From: an uncultured Actinomycetes bacterium | Lineage (GTDB): Bacteria; Actinomycetota; Thermoleophilia; UBA2241 | Assembly: GCA_963709345.1 (NCBI GenBank) | Contig: CAVPVX010000007.1 | Span: forward strand, 192,001-256,000 | DNA: 64,000 bases | Direction: 5' to 3' | Shown here: positions 18,720 to 28,951 of the stretch, in pieces | Layout: each line of letters starts with the position of its first letter | How positions within the stretch are numbered: the stretch's first letter is position 1 | Translations under genes and position numbers: made by a program | Notes under the pieces: model-generated | The model's database searches: none | What the model saw: only the letters and a program-made list of their open reading frames with translations | Told to the model about the DNA's origin: nothing

Positions 18720-19565
18720 CTACTCCGCCGCAGACACCACCCAGGCCGTGGCAGCGTCGACCACCCGGAAGCCGTGACGCAGGTACAGCGGCTGGCCGGC
18801 TTCGCTCGCGGTAAGGTAGAAGGCTCGAGTCCTATCCGCGTGCACGCGGAGCACGTGCGCCAGCAACCGACCGCCGAGCCCCCTGCCCTGCAGCTCAGGC
18901 AGAGTCGCCATCCCCGAGACGCCGAGGACGCCGTCGTCGGCGACGACGCACACGCAGCCGACGGCGGCGCCGTCGAGACGCACAAGGTACGCGGTCAGCG
19001 CCGGGTCGCCGAGAAGATCGCGGGTGATGACCCGTCCGTACAGATCGCGAGGAAGGTCGAAGGCCGCCTCGCTCACGGCGAGGAACTCGGCCAGCCCGAC
19101 TTCCGTTGTGACCGGCTCCACCCGGCACGATCGGGAGCGGCCGGTCCCGTCCGGGGAGAGCAGCGTCTTGATCTCCGCGTGCGCCGTCGGGGCCGACTGC
19201 GCCGCATCCGGACCGGAGGGTCTCACCATGAGGGGGATCGGGGGCAGCGGCTCCAAGCCCAGATCGCGAGCCAGAGGCTCGAGCTCGGCCTGAACGCGCT
19301 CGCTCAGACAGATGTAGCCCCCGACCCGCCGCTCGCCGATGCGCGCGACGAACTCACGCAGGCGCGCCTCGGCGGAGTCCTCGCCCCCCGGCACATCGCC
19401 GAAGATCACGCCGCAGTTGAGGAAGACGCTGTTGAGACCGCTGCACCCCAGGATCGCATGCGAGGCGATCACGCAGTCGGCCCCATGCGTGCTCCCGTAG
19501 AAGCGGACGATCATCCGGCCCATGCTGCGGTACAGATCGTCGACGGCGGGCACGGCCTCGTGCAA
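18720..19565 (-). CDS. GNAT-family N-acetyltransferase
   Basis: MATLPELQGRGLG (motif A), ASEAGQPLYLRHGF. TTG start chosen from the GGGAG RBS; uncertain. Confidence 0.8.
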   Translation of the reverse strand: MHEAVPAVDDLYRSMGRMIVRFYGSTHGADCVIASHAILGCSGLNSVFLNCGVIFGDVPGGEDSAEARLREFVARIGERRVGGYICLSERVQAELEPLARDLGLEPLPPIPLMVRPSGPDAAQSAPTAHAEIKTLLSPDGTGRSRSCRVEPVTTEVGLAEFLAVSEAAFDLPRDLYGRVITRDLLGDPALTAYLVRLDGAAVGCVCVVADDGVLGVSGMATLPELQGRGLGGRLLAHVLRVHADRTRAFYLTASEAGQPLYLRHGFRVVDAATAWVVSAAE

Positions 19566-19877
19566 GACGGCTCCCTGGGACGCGTGTCGGAAGAGCGGGC
19601 CCTTGCTGCTATCATCGGCACCACGAGCCCGGCGGACGACCCCTTGGGCCGAGCCACAAGCTGCGACGTGACGAACGCCTCGAGCGACAATGGTACTCCG
19701 AGCGCCGACGCATAGCACGGCGCGCACGACCGGAGCACCCGAGGGAGATGCGATCATGACCACACGACCACGGACCCGCCGACCGGCTGCCGGCGACAGG
19801 GCCGTGCATGTCATCGGCGGCGCCGCGCCCGAGCACGGAGGCGTCGAGGCGATGTCGATCCACGTACACCCGTCGCC

Positions 19878-20174
19878 GTGACCTCCCGCGAAGCGCTCCG
19901 CCGGCTCAACCGCAATCGCGAGAAGCTCCGCACGCACCACGTGCGGCACATCGCGGTGTTCGGGTCAACGGCCCGCGACCAGGCGACGGCGCAGAGCGAC
20001 GTCGACCTCCTCGTCGAGTTCGATCCTGAGGCGCGCGTCGGCCTGTTCGGTTACGTGCGCCTGCTCGACTTTCTCGGAGACGTCATGGACACGCGCATCG
20101 ACCTGGCCACGGCCGCCGCACTGCGGCCCGAGATGCGCGAGCAGATCCTGGGGGAGGCCGTCCGTGCCTTCTGA
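19878..20174 (+). CDS. MNT-family nucleotidyltransferase antitoxin (MntA-like)
   Basis: FGSTARDQATAQSDVDLLVEF matches GSx10DxD. Confidence 0.88.
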   Translation: MTSREALRRLNRNREKLRTHHVRHIAVFGSTARDQATAQSDVDLLVEFDPEARVGLFGYVRLLDFLGDVMDTRIDLATAAALRPEMREQILGEAVRAF

Positions 20175-20547
20175 ACGATCGGCCGCGTATCTGGAGCGCC
20201 AGGCCAAGCTGCGCTTTCGCGACTGGCGCTTCCGCGTCCGGGACATCCTCGCCGCCCTGGCGGCGATCGAGACCTACGCGGAGGGAATGGACCGCGGCGC
20301 CTTCGTCGCCGACCGCCGCACGCGCGACGCGGTCCTCCACAATCTCATGCTGGTCGGAGAGTCGGTCCGCTGGATCCCGGACGCTATCCTCGACGCTCAC
20401 CCGGAGGTACCCTGGCGCCTCCTGCGCAGCGTGCGCAACGTGGTCGTGCACGAATACTTCGGCATCGACGACGCTATCCTGTGGGTCACGGTGCGCGACG
20501 ACCTGCCCTCGCTCGTCGACGATCTGGAGGCGGTCCTCCGGTCGTGA
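20164..20547 (+). CDS. HEPN/DUF86 ribonuclease toxin (HepT-like)
   Basis: RNVVVHEYFG matches Rx4HxY; overlaps the MNT gene. Confidence 0.88.
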   Translation: MPSERSAAYLERQAKLRFRDWRFRVRDILAALAAIETYAEGMDRGAFVADRRTRDAVLHNLMLVGESVRWIPDAILDAHPEVPWRLLRSVRNVVVHEYFGIDDAILWVTVRDDLPSLVDDLEAVLRS

Positions 20548-20576
20548 CCGCCCTCGACCAGGCTGTAGCGCGACCC

Positions 20577-21191
20577 TCAGAAGAGGATCGGCAGCAAGTC
20601 CGTGGAGAAGATGACCTTGGTCATGTCGAGGCTCTCGCCGATGACCGACTGGATGGCGTCGTGGCCGGCCTGCGTCAGCTTGAACTGAAGGCCGTCGATC
20701 TTGTACGCCTTGCCCTTGTGCGTGACCTTGGGCGCGTGGGTCGACTCCGCCAGCGCGACGCGCAGATACGGGCCTGCGAGTGTCTTGTAGGAGACTGACA
20801 TCTGGTAGTGGGTCTTGCTCAGCGCGATGATGCGGATGCCCTCGGCCCGGAAGATCTTGTGCCCGATCTCGGACGCCTCGACGAAGCGTATGGACCCGCG
20901 GTGCATGAAGGTGCCCTTGCCGCTCGAAGGAGCGTAGGTCCCACCGCTCTTCATCGGCACGCGGAACCACCAGTACATGTTGCCGGACTTGTTCCACAGT
21001 GCCTTCTGGGTGGCCGGCGCGAACGCGGCCAGTGTCACGTGCTTGGCGCCGAGCTCGGTGACGTACGCGGCCCCGACCGTGATGTGCGTGCTCCCCTTGC
21101 GGACTCCGGCGGCCTGCGCCGGCACCGCCATCACGAGGACGGCCAGAAGAACGGCCAGACCTGCCAGAGCGAGACGTCTCCGTGTTCCCAT
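20577..21191 (-). CDS. Secreted hypothetical protein
   Basis: Signal peptide MGTRRRLALAGLAVLLAVLVMAVPAQA; GGGAGG RBS; GC3-biased codons. Confidence 0.75.
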   Translation of the reverse strand: MGTRRRLALAGLAVLLAVLVMAVPAQAAGVRKGSTHITVGAAYVTELGAKHVTLAAFAPATQKALWNKSGNMYWWFRVPMKSGGTYAPSSGKGTFMHRGSIRFVEASEIGHKIFRAEGIRIIALSKTHYQMSVSYKTLAGPYLRVALAESTHAPKVTHKGKAYKIDGLQFKLTQAGHDAIQSVIGESLDMTKVIFSTDLLPILF

Positions 21192-21391
21192 GTGCTGCCT
21201 CCCGTCGGGTGCCGGCGACCGCCGTCCGGCCGCCGGCTGTTCACTCCCATACACAGCACGTATCGACCGCGGCGCGCGCAGACTGAAGCGCGGCCGTGCC
21301 TCTCGACGACCCTGGCGACTGATCACGACCCGGGCAAGGCCGGCCGGAGGAGGCGCGCCACGCCCGGGTTCACGTGTACAATCGTCGGCGC

Positions 21392-22396
21392 ATGCAGCAG
21401 GTCCGCCCCCAGGAAGAGGTTCGGTACGCCGGCCTCGGCGTGCGTTTCGCCGCCGTGCTCGTCGACACGCTCGTGCTCTTCGGCCTGCTGATCCTCGTCG
21501 CCATGGTGTACGTCCTCGTGCTGGCGGCCCGGGGCACGGTCGACCTCAACGACCCCGCCGCGGTGCAGGCGCTCAGCGCCGACTTCCAGGTGTCCGACTG
21601 GGTGGCGAATGTCGTCGTCTTCGGCGGGCTCTTCGTCTACTACACGGTGCTGGAGGCGCTCTTCGGGGCCAGCGTCGGCAAGCTCGTCTTCCGCATACGC
21701 GTGACCATGGTCGACGGCACACGGCCCGGCGGCGGCGCCGTGATCCTGCGGAATCTGGTGCGCATCCCCGAGGCGTGGCTTCTGTACGCGCCGGCCGCCG
21801 TGTCCTGCCTCATCGGCCAGAAGTGCCAGCGGCTTGGCGACCACGCCGCGCGCACCGTCGTCGTGCGACGGGCGCCCGTCCGTGCGGCCGGCGCACCGGC
21901 CACCCCCGGTACCGCTCCCTGGCCCAGCCAGCCGCCCGGCGGCGCGACGCCGCTCCCTCCGGAGCCACCCGCGGCGGCTCTCGACATCCCGATGACGTCT
22001 CCGCCGCCGGCGACCGCCGAGCCCGGGCTCTCCGAGGCCCTTGCCGGCCTGAGGACGGCGGCGCTGGCCGCGCGAGGCGCGCATTCGAACTACCTCTACT
22101 TCTCCGAGCGGGAGCTCAAGGCTTCGTCGTCCGGCGCGCCCGAAGCGGCGTACGCGCCCGAGTACGTCGGCGCCTGGTACACCCTGGCGGACGCCGTCGT
22201 TGAGCTGCAGGGCGCCCACGCCCTCGCCGAAACCCTCGCCTCGCAGACCGGCGCGACCCTCGAGAGCTCCGTGACCGACCAGCCAGACCTCCTGCACCTG
22301 CTCCGGGAGCTTCACCCGTACGTGACGGCGGTAAGCGACGAGCAGACCCACGAGGCCTACCTGCAGGTCGCTCGTGGGGACGCACCGCCGGCCTGA
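21392..22396 (+). CDS. RDD-family membrane protein with Pro-rich linker and helical C-domain
   Basis: RYAGLGVRFAAVLVD, GASVGK, QRLGDHAARTVVV. Confidence 0.85.
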   Translation: MQQVRPQEEVRYAGLGVRFAAVLVDTLVLFGLLILVAMVYVLVLAARGTVDLNDPAAVQALSADFQVSDWVANVVVFGGLFVYYTVLEALFGASVGKLVFRIRVTMVDGTRPGGGAVILRNLVRIPEAWLLYAPAAVSCLIGQKCQRLGDHAARTVVVRRAPVRAAGAPATPGTAPWPSQPPGGATPLPPEPPAAALDIPMTSPPPATAEPGLSEALAGLRTAALAARGAHSNYLYFSERELKASSSGAPEAAYAPEYVGAWYTLADAVVELQGAHALAETLASQTGATLESSVTDQPDLLHLLRELHPYVTAVSDEQTHEAYLQVARGDAPPA

Positions 22397-22479
22397 CGCG
22401 GCGATGGGCGGCGCCGTGAGGCGCCGCCCATCCACCACACCAAGGGGGCTTCTTGCGGGAGGCGGACCCGCCCCGCCGC

Positions 22480-22650
22480 CAGGGTGCCTGGCGCACGACC
22501 AGGCTCTGTGAGGCACGCTTCCGCTGAGCCCAGCCGGCGAGGTCAGTAGCCTCCACCGACCACCGGTACGAGCCCGGCCGCAAGCGAAGCGCGACCCGAG
22601 CGACGTCCCTGCCTTCGCCTACCGGCATCGGCAGCGCGAACTCGGCCGCA
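22480..22650 (-). pseudogene. Possible relic of the C-terminus of a secreted protein
   Basis: Reads LRPGSYRWSVEATDLAGWAQRKRASQSLVVR, like an Ig/FN3-type terminal strand motif; no clear start. Confidence 0.3.
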
Positions 22651-22829
22651 GTGAGGCGTCCTCCCCTTCGAGTGGCACTCGCACCCCCTTCGCATGGAGC
22701 GTCCCGCCTCGGGCGTCCGGGACGAGCGCTCCGTAGCTCCTTGGTATTCCGCCCCGGAGGCGCCGCCGACGCCTCACCGGGGCCGCTTCCGGGTACGATG
22801 CACACAGTCGGGGCGACCGAGGGGGCAGG

Positions 22830-23894
22830 ATGATGATCGGCAGGGCTTCGTTCACAGTAGCGCGCGCGCTGCTCGCACTCGTCCTCGGCGCGATGGCAAG
22901 CCTGGCGCTTGCCGAAGCGGCCGGGGCGGCCGCGCCGAGACCGTTCCCGATCTGCATCGTCATGGGCGGGCAGGCGGGCCCCGACATCGCGGGTAGCACG
23001 GTCGTCTGGACGGACAACCGCAACGGCAACCTCGACATCTACGGCCGTGACCTCAGCACCGGCGCGACCTTCGCGGTCTGCCGGAACGCGGCGCCGCAGG
23101 ACAACCCGTCCGTCACTCGCTACGTGACGGCGAGCGGTAAGGTCCGCTACCTCGCCGTGTGGGTCGACAGGCGCGACCACCCGAGCGACGGCGCCGGCGA
23201 TATCCACGGTCGTGACATCACCCGCAAGCGCACCTTCGTCGTGTCGCGCAGTGCCGGCATCAAGTGGTTCCCCAAGATCGTCGACCGCTGGGTGCTCTGG
23301 GTCGAGGCCGACGACAGTGCCGGCCCGTACCGCATCAAGGCGCGTGACCTGGACGCCGGCAAGAGCTACCTTCTGGCCACCAGCACGATCCTCAGCCCGG
23401 TCGGGCTCGACCGCCGGACCGTCGCCGGCAAGCGCGTGTACACCGCCGTGTACGCGTCTGGCAAGGGCGACATCAGCGGCCGTGACCTGCCCAGCGGCTC
23501 CCCGTTCCGCGTCTCACGGAAACCGGAGTTCGAGTGGATGCCCGACATCAGCGGCAACCGCGTCGTCTGGTGGGCGTCCGGCGGCCGAATCATGCTCAGG
23601 AACCTGAAGACCGGCAAGACGACCTTCGTGCACAAGGGCTCGCGGCCGCGCATTGACGGCGAGCTCGTCGTCTGGGACGGCGGCGGGCGCGGCGGCTCCT
23701 ACTCCATCACCTACGAGAAGGGCGCGAAGATCTACGTACGCAACGTCGCCCGGAGCAGCGGCGTGACGGCGATCGCGCAGACGGACCTCACCTGCCTCTT
23801 CCCCGCCGTGAGCGGGCGACGCGTCGTCTGGGAGTCCGGGCCGGCGAGCCGCGTCCTCGGCCACATCCATATCTACGGCGCGCGCCTCCGCTGA
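22830..23894 (+). CDS. Secreted beta-propeller repeat surface protein
   Basis: Signal peptide; repeated P.I.G..VVW.D...DIY..D units (PDIAGSTVVWTDNRNGNLDIYGRD, PDISGNRVVW, PAVSGRRVVWE). Confidence 0.8.
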   Translation: MMIGRASFTVARALLALVLGAMASLALAEAAGAAAPRPFPICIVMGGQAGPDIAGSTVVWTDNRNGNLDIYGRDLSTGATFAVCRNAAPQDNPSVTRYVTASGKVRYLAVWVDRRDHPSDGAGDIHGRDITRKRTFVVSRSAGIKWFPKIVDRWVLWVEADDSAGPYRIKARDLDAGKSYLLATSTILSPVGLDRRTVAGKRVYTAVYASGKGDISGRDLPSGSPFRVSRKPEFEWMPDISGNRVVWWASGGRIMLRNLKTGKTTFVHKGSRPRIDGELVVWDGGGRGGSYSITYEKGAKIYVRNVARSSGVTAIAQTDLTCLFPAVSGRRVVWESGPASRVLGHIHIYGARLR

Positions 23895-23954
23895 CGAACG
23901 CTCCTCCGGTGCGGCGGATCACGCGACGGATGACGCGGCACGCGACTTCGGAGC

Positions 23955-26501
23955 TCAGGAGACGAACTCGAACCCCCGCTCCTCCACGACCTCGACGCAC
24001 GCCGCAGTGACCTCGCCGTCGTAGCGCGATCCCGCGCCGTCCCGGACCTCGTCGAGCGCGGCCTTCATGCCCAATGCCGGCCGGTACGGCCGGTGTGACG
24101 ACATCGCCTCGACCACGTCGGCGACGCTGAGGATCCGGGCCTCCTGGAGGAGTTCCTCGCCCGAGAGGCCCCTCGGGTACCCGGAGCCGTCGAGCCGCTC
24201 GTGATGCTGCAGCACGATCTCCGCGACGGGTCGCCCGAAGTCGATCGACGCGAGGACGTCGTACCCCGCCTGCGGGTGTTGTTTGATCAGGTTGAACTCG
24301 ATCACACTGAGGCGGCCCGGCTTCGCGAGGATCTCGGCGGGCACCGAGATCTTGCCGACGTCGTGGATGAGCGCCGCGAGACGCAGCCCCTCGAGCACGT
24401 CGGCGCCCAGACCCATCTCGCGTCCGATCGCCGTAGCCAACTCAGAGACCCGCCGCTCGTGACCGGCGGTGTACGGATCGCGCGTCTCTACCACCTGGCT
24501 CATCGCGAGAACGGCGCCTTCGAGGGTGCGCCGCAGTTGCTCCGCCGTGCGGCGCACCTCTTCCTGGGCCTCCACCTGGTCGGTGACATCGACAGACAGG
24601 CCGCCGATCAGCGGCGCCGCGTTCCGACGGGGAACGGGAAAGTAGATACTGTGCAGGTACTGCTGCCGGCCCGATCGCGCCCAGGGCTGCACGACATCGA
24701 CGACCTCTCCGTCCCGTGCGCACCGAAGATGTTGATCCCCGTCCGCGATCTCGTCGCCGTCCCACAACTCCGACGGGGAGCGACCGAGCCACTCGCCGCG
24801 CGGCGCGCCGCCGTCCATCTCCTCCGGGCGGTTCACGAAGACGTACCTCAGGTCCTCGTCGTGCATGAAGAAGTAGCCGGGGAAGTGCTCGGCGAACTGC
24901 CCGAACCGTTCCTCGCTCTCCCGCACCGCGACCTCCGCCTTCTTGTGTTCGGTGATCTCGTCGAGGGCCACGGTCACGTGGCGGCTGCCGTTCATCGCGA
25001 GTGGCTCGGCGCCCATGCGCAGCCACACGGTCTCAGGACCACCGCCTCTCTCGAGCTCCAGCGACAACTCGACACCGTGCAGCGCGGTTTCGCCGTCGAG
25101 CACCGCCTCGAGGCCATCACGCAACGGGCAGAAGGGGCAGTCGGGCGCGTGACCACACCCGCGAAGGTCATCACCGCAGTGGACACAGCCCATGACATCG
25201 CCGCACGATACCGTGCTGTCGGCCTCGTGATCGAGCAGTTCGTCTACGTCGCTCCGCGCGAGGGCAAGGGCCGCCCGGTTCACGCGCACGACGTTCAGAT
25301 GCCGATCGAACACCAGCATCGCCACCGGTGAAGCTTCGAAGATCGCCGTGAGATTCGCCTGTTCCGCCCTGAGAGCATCATCGGCCCTCTTGCGCTCGGT
25401 GATGTCGGAGCACACGGCAAAGGCGCCGGAGTGCGCGCCCGAGGCATCGGTATCGGCCACCGAGTTCACGGCCAGCCAGACAGGGCTGCCGTCCTTGGCC
25501 CGGAAGCGAGCGTCGTAACGACCCGGCAGCAACCGCCTCCGCGCCTGCCGCTGCGCCTCATGAAGCGCGGCGTCGTCGTCGTCGGTGAAGTCGCAGTCCG
25601 GACGCCCCAGCATCTCCTCGACTTCGTAGCCGAGCATGCGCGCCATCTGTGAGTTGGCGAACACCACTCTGTCGGCGGCGTCGAACACCCAGATGCCGTC
25701 GGCAGCCATGTCGACGATGCGCCGGTAGAGGACGTCGCTCTCCAGGGCCTGCTCCTCGGCGATCACGTGACCGGTGACATCGCGTCCGTAGGCGATGACA
25801 AGGTCGGCGCCTTCGAGGTAGTTCATGGTGACGTCCATCACCAGGCGCTCCCCGATCGTGCGCGCGTGGTCGATCCTGATCTCACGGACCCCGTCGGCGG
25901 CGACGTGGGCCCAGCCTCTCGCCCAGTCGTCGGCGGTGGCCCAGTCGACGACCTCCCACAGCTTCGACCCCACAATCGCCTCACGCTCCACCTTGGCGAC
26001 CCGGCAGGCGACTTCGTTGACGTAGACGATGGTGCCGTCCTCGGCGATCGTCAGGATGGCCTGCGAGGCGTGGTCGACGGCGAAGAGAGCGAGACGCGCA
26101 GCCTCCGCGGAGTGGCGGTGCGCGCGCCGGAGCACCGCGGCGTCGATGGCGCGCCGCACCGCGGGCGCCAGGCGCGTGAGGTTGTCCTTGAGCACGTACT
26201 CCACGGCGCCCGCCGACATGGTCGCCACGGCGGTGTCCTCGTCGATGCTCCCCGAGACGGTGATGGCCGGCAGATCCGGCGCCAGCTCGGCTATCATGCG
26301 CAGCGCCTCGAGGCCGCTGTAGCCGGGGATGTTGTAGTCGACCAGGGCGATCTGCCAGGACTCGTCGGCGAGGGCTTCGCGCAGCGCATCTTCCGTCTGC
26401 ACGCGGTCCCACTGCGGTTCGAGGCCGGCCTCGCGCAGGCGGCGAAGCTGAAGCTCCACATCGTCCTGGCTATCTTCGACGAACAACATGCGCACACCCA
26501 C
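23955..26501 (-). CDS. REC-multi-PAS-HD-GYP cyclic-dinucleotide phosphodiesterase
   Basis: FVEDSQDD...LVDYNIP receiver; four PAS/PAC-like repeats; RDPYTAGH, HDVGK, HHERLDGSGYP. Start uncertain (26489-26540). Confidence 0.92.
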   Translation of the reverse strand: MGVRMLFVEDSQDDVELQLRRLREAGLEPQWDRVQTEDALREALADESWQIALVDYNIPGYSGLEALRMIAELAPDLPAITVSGSIDEDTAVATMSAGAVEYVLKDNLTRLAPAVRRAIDAAVLRRAHRHSAEAARLALFAVDHASQAILTIAEDGTIVYVNEVACRVAKVEREAIVGSKLWEVVDWATADDWARGWAHVAADGVREIRIDHARTIGERLVMDVTMNYLEGADLVIAYGRDVTGHVIAEEQALESDVLYRRIVDMAADGIWVFDAADRVVFANSQMARMLGYEVEEMLGRPDCDFTDDDDAALHEAQRQARRRLLPGRYDARFRAKDGSPVWLAVNSVADTDASGAHSGAFAVCSDITERKRADDALRAEQANLTAIFEASPVAMLVFDRHLNVVRVNRAALALARSDVDELLDHEADSTVSCGDVMGCVHCGDDLRGCGHAPDCPFCPLRDGLEAVLDGETALHGVELSLELERGGGPETVWLRMGAEPLAMNGSRHVTVALDEITEHKKAEVAVRESEERFGQFAEHFPGYFFMHDEDLRYVFVNRPEEMDGGAPRGEWLGRSPSELWDGDEIADGDQHLRCARDGEVVDVVQPWARSGRQQYLHSIYFPVPRRNAAPLIGGLSVDVTDQVEAQEEVRRTAEQLRRTLEGAVLAMSQVVETRDPYTAGHERRVSELATAIGREMGLGADVLEGLRLAALIHDVGKISVPAEILAKPGRLSVIEFNLIKQHPQAGYDVLASIDFGRPVAEIVLQHHERLDGSGYPRGLSGEELLQEARILSVADVVEAMSSHRPYRPALGMKAALDEVRDGAGSRYDGEVTAACVEVVEERGFEFVS

Positions 26502-26588
26502 GGAGGCCCCCTTCGGCAGCGCCGATCCCGAGCGAAGCATACCGTTCGAGCCCGGCGCCGTCGATGCCGAGAGGCGCCGCCGGCGACG

Positions 26589-27752
26589 TCAGTCCGGCGG
26601 GCCGACGCCGAGCAGGGCTTGAGCCTTCTCCATCCAGCCGGCAACGGCGATGCCCTGCGGGCAAGCGCTCTCGCATTCCCCGCAGGCGGTGCAGGAGTCG
26701 GCGCGCGCGCCCTCGTCGATCCAGCTGTAGTAGACCCGCTGGCGCGGCAGAGCGCCGTACATGTGAGCGTCGTTGTACAGCCGGAGGACCTCGGGGATGT
26801 CGACGCCCTGCGGGCAGGGCATGCAGTAGCGGCAGGCCGTGCAAGGTATCGGGCTGAGCTCGCGGTAGACGTCGCGCACCCGCGCGACCAGCTCGAGCTC
26901 GTCGGCGCCGAGAAGGCCCGGCCGCGAGCGCCCGGCAGCCTCGAGGTTCTCCTCGACGTGCTGCATGGTGGTCATGCCGCTGAGGACGAAGGACACCTCG
27001 GGCACGCTCCAGACCCACTGCAGCGCCCACTCGGCGGGGGACCGCCTGACGGCCGCCCCCTCCCACAGCTCCTCGACGCGCGGCGGCAGGTTGCGCGCCA
27101 GCATGCCGCCGCGGATCGGCTCCATGACGATGAGACCGAGGCCGCGGCCGGCCGCCAGCTCGAGGCCGCGGCGCCCCGCCTGCTCCTCCTCGTCCATATA
27201 GTTGAACTGGAGCTGGCAGAACTCCCAGAGGTCGGTGGCGGCGAGCACCTCCTCGAAGAGGTCGTAGGTGCCGTGGAAGCTGAAGCCGAGATGCGCGATC
27301 CTGCCGTCGGCGAGCGCCTTCTCCGTCGAGGCGAGCTGACCCTGCTCGAGCACGCACTTCCAGTGCGCGTCGTCGAGACTGTGGAGCAGGTAGAAGTCGA
27401 TGCACTCCTCGCCGAGACGCTCGAGCTGCTTCTCGAGGATCCGGTCGAAGTCGCCGGGCTCCTTGACGTCCCAGACGGGCATCTTGGTGGCTATCTTGAC
27501 GCGCTCGCGATAGCCGCCCTCGAGCGCGCCCCGGAGCCAGCCCTCACTGTGCTGCTCGTGATAGACCCAGGCGGTGTCCACGTAGTTGACGCCGCCGTCG
27601 ATCGCCCGGTGCAGCATCGCCGTGGCCTCGTCCACGTCGATCTGCGCGAAATCCGGCTTGCCGTCGTCGCCGGTGAGTACAGGCAGCCGCATCGCCCCGA
27701 AGCCCAGCGCAGAAGGCTTGAAGTCGAGCGTGCCGAAGTCGCGATACTGCAT
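26589..27752 (-). CDS. Aldo/keto reductase with C-terminal 4Fe-4S dicluster
   Basis: LGFGAMRLP, DTAWVYH, ATKMP, CTACRYCMPCP, CTACGECESACP. Confidence 0.92.
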   Translation of the reverse strand: MQYRDFGTLDFKPSALGFGAMRLPVLTGDDGKPDFAQIDVDEATAMLHRAIDGGVNYVDTAWVYHEQHSEGWLRGALEGGYRERVKIATKMPVWDVKEPGDFDRILEKQLERLGEECIDFYLLHSLDDAHWKCVLEQGQLASTEKALADGRIAHLGFSFHGTYDLFEEVLAATDLWEFCQLQFNYMDEEEQAGRRGLELAAGRGLGLIVMEPIRGGMLARNLPPRVEELWEGAAVRRSPAEWALQWVWSVPEVSFVLSGMTTMQHVEENLEAAGRSRPGLLGADELELVARVRDVYRELSPIPCTACRYCMPCPQGVDIPEVLRLYNDAHMYGALPRQRVYYSWIDEGARADSCTACGECESACPQGIAVAGWMEKAQALLGVGPPD

Positions 27753-27836
27753 CACGGCATCGTATCGCCCCGGCGCGTGGGGCGCGAGCGCGCCGGCCGC
27801 GATAGACTCTGCGCCAGTCGTCCGAGGAGCCGCCCC

Positions 27837-28760
27837 ATGCCGCACATCGCCCAGCATCCCGAGATCCTCATCCAGGCACGTCGAGGCGGGACGGTCGAGA
27901 GCCTCCACCGCGCCGTCGCGGCGCTCGCGGGCCCCGACGGCGCGATCGTGGAGCGCTGGGGCGACCCGGGCATGGTCACCTTCTGGCGCTCCTCGGCGAA
28001 GCCGCTGCAGGCGCAGGCGTGGCTCGCAGACGGCACCGTGAGTCACTTCGGCTGGAGCGCCGAGGAGCTCGCCATCATGAGCGCCTCCCACGACGGCCTG
28101 CCCGTCCAGGCGGACCTGGTCAAGCGCATGCTCGCCGACCTCGGCCTCGGGGAGGAGGACCTGCGCTGCGACGCGAAGCTCAAGTCGCGCCACAACTGCT
28201 CCGGCAACCACACCGGCTTCCTCGCCGCCAGCGTGCGCCACGGCTGGGACATCCCCACGTACCAGCAGCCCGGACACCCCGCACAGGTCGCGGCGCTCGA
28301 GGCCTTCGCCGCGCTCGTGGGCCAGGACGCGAAGCAGATCGCCACAGGCGTCGACGGCTGCGGCATCGTCTGCTACGCCACGCCGGTCACCGTCGCCGCC
28401 TCCACATTCGCGCTCCTGCCCGAACTCCTGCCCGAGATCAGCGCAGCCATGCGCGCCCATCCCCTGCTGGTGGAGGGCCCGGAGTGGCTGGACACGATTC
28501 TCATGGAGGACATCCCCGGCTCCACCAGCAAGAGCGGCGCCGAAGGCCTCGGCTGCATCTCACTGCCGGACGGTCGCGGCTTCTGCGTCAAGGTCGTCGA
28601 CGGCGCCGACCGTGCCATGGAGCCGGCCGCCGTGGCCGTGCTCGAAGCGGTCCTCGGCGCCGGTGCGGTGCCCGAACGCGTCCGCGCGCTGGGCCGGCCG
28701 CCGATCAAGAACGACGTCGGCGACGTGGTCGGCGAATTGCTCGCGGTCGCTCCCGGCTGA
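27837..28760 (+). CDS. L-asparaginase II family protein
   Basis: RRGGTVESLH, RSSAKPLQA, ASH, HNCSGNH, DGCG, KSGAEG; GAGGAG RBS. Confidence 0.9.
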   Translation: MPHIAQHPEILIQARRGGTVESLHRAVAALAGPDGAIVERWGDPGMVTFWRSSAKPLQAQAWLADGTVSHFGWSAEELAIMSASHDGLPVQADLVKRMLADLGLGEEDLRCDAKLKSRHNCSGNHTGFLAASVRHGWDIPTYQQPGHPAQVAALEAFAALVGQDAKQIATGVDGCGIVCYATPVTVAASTFALLPELLPEISAAMRAHPLLVEGPEWLDTILMEDIPGSTSKSGAEGLGCISLPDGRGFCVKVVDGADRAMEPAAVAVLEAVLGAGAVPERVRALGRPPIKNDVGDVVGELLAVAPG

Positions 28761-28857
28761 CGCTTCCGGCTGCACGCAGAACAGACCGGCGCCGGCCGGC
28801 GCCCGCGTCTCCGGACTCGCATGCCGGCAGGGCGAGCCCTCACAGGGCCGCGGACGC

Positions 28858-28897
28858 GCGAGGGGACGGGGCGCCCGCGGGCGCCCCGTCCCCTCGC
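28858..28897. terminator. Long GC-rich hairpin between convergent genes
   Basis: gcgaggggacggggcgcc...ggcgccccgtcccctcgc inverted repeat. Confidence 0.6.
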
Positions 28898-28951
28898 CGC
28901 ATCGGCTGAGCCCGCCGCGGCGGCCCCCGCTCGGCCTCTTTGAGCCGGCAA

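Noticed and set aside
25767-28760. 997-aa ORF, and other long antisense ORFs such as 2320-4980, 12654-14816 and 45477-47264
   Set aside because: Shadow ORFs caused by high GC, opposite well-supported genes. Only the 27837-28760 part of this one is a real gene.
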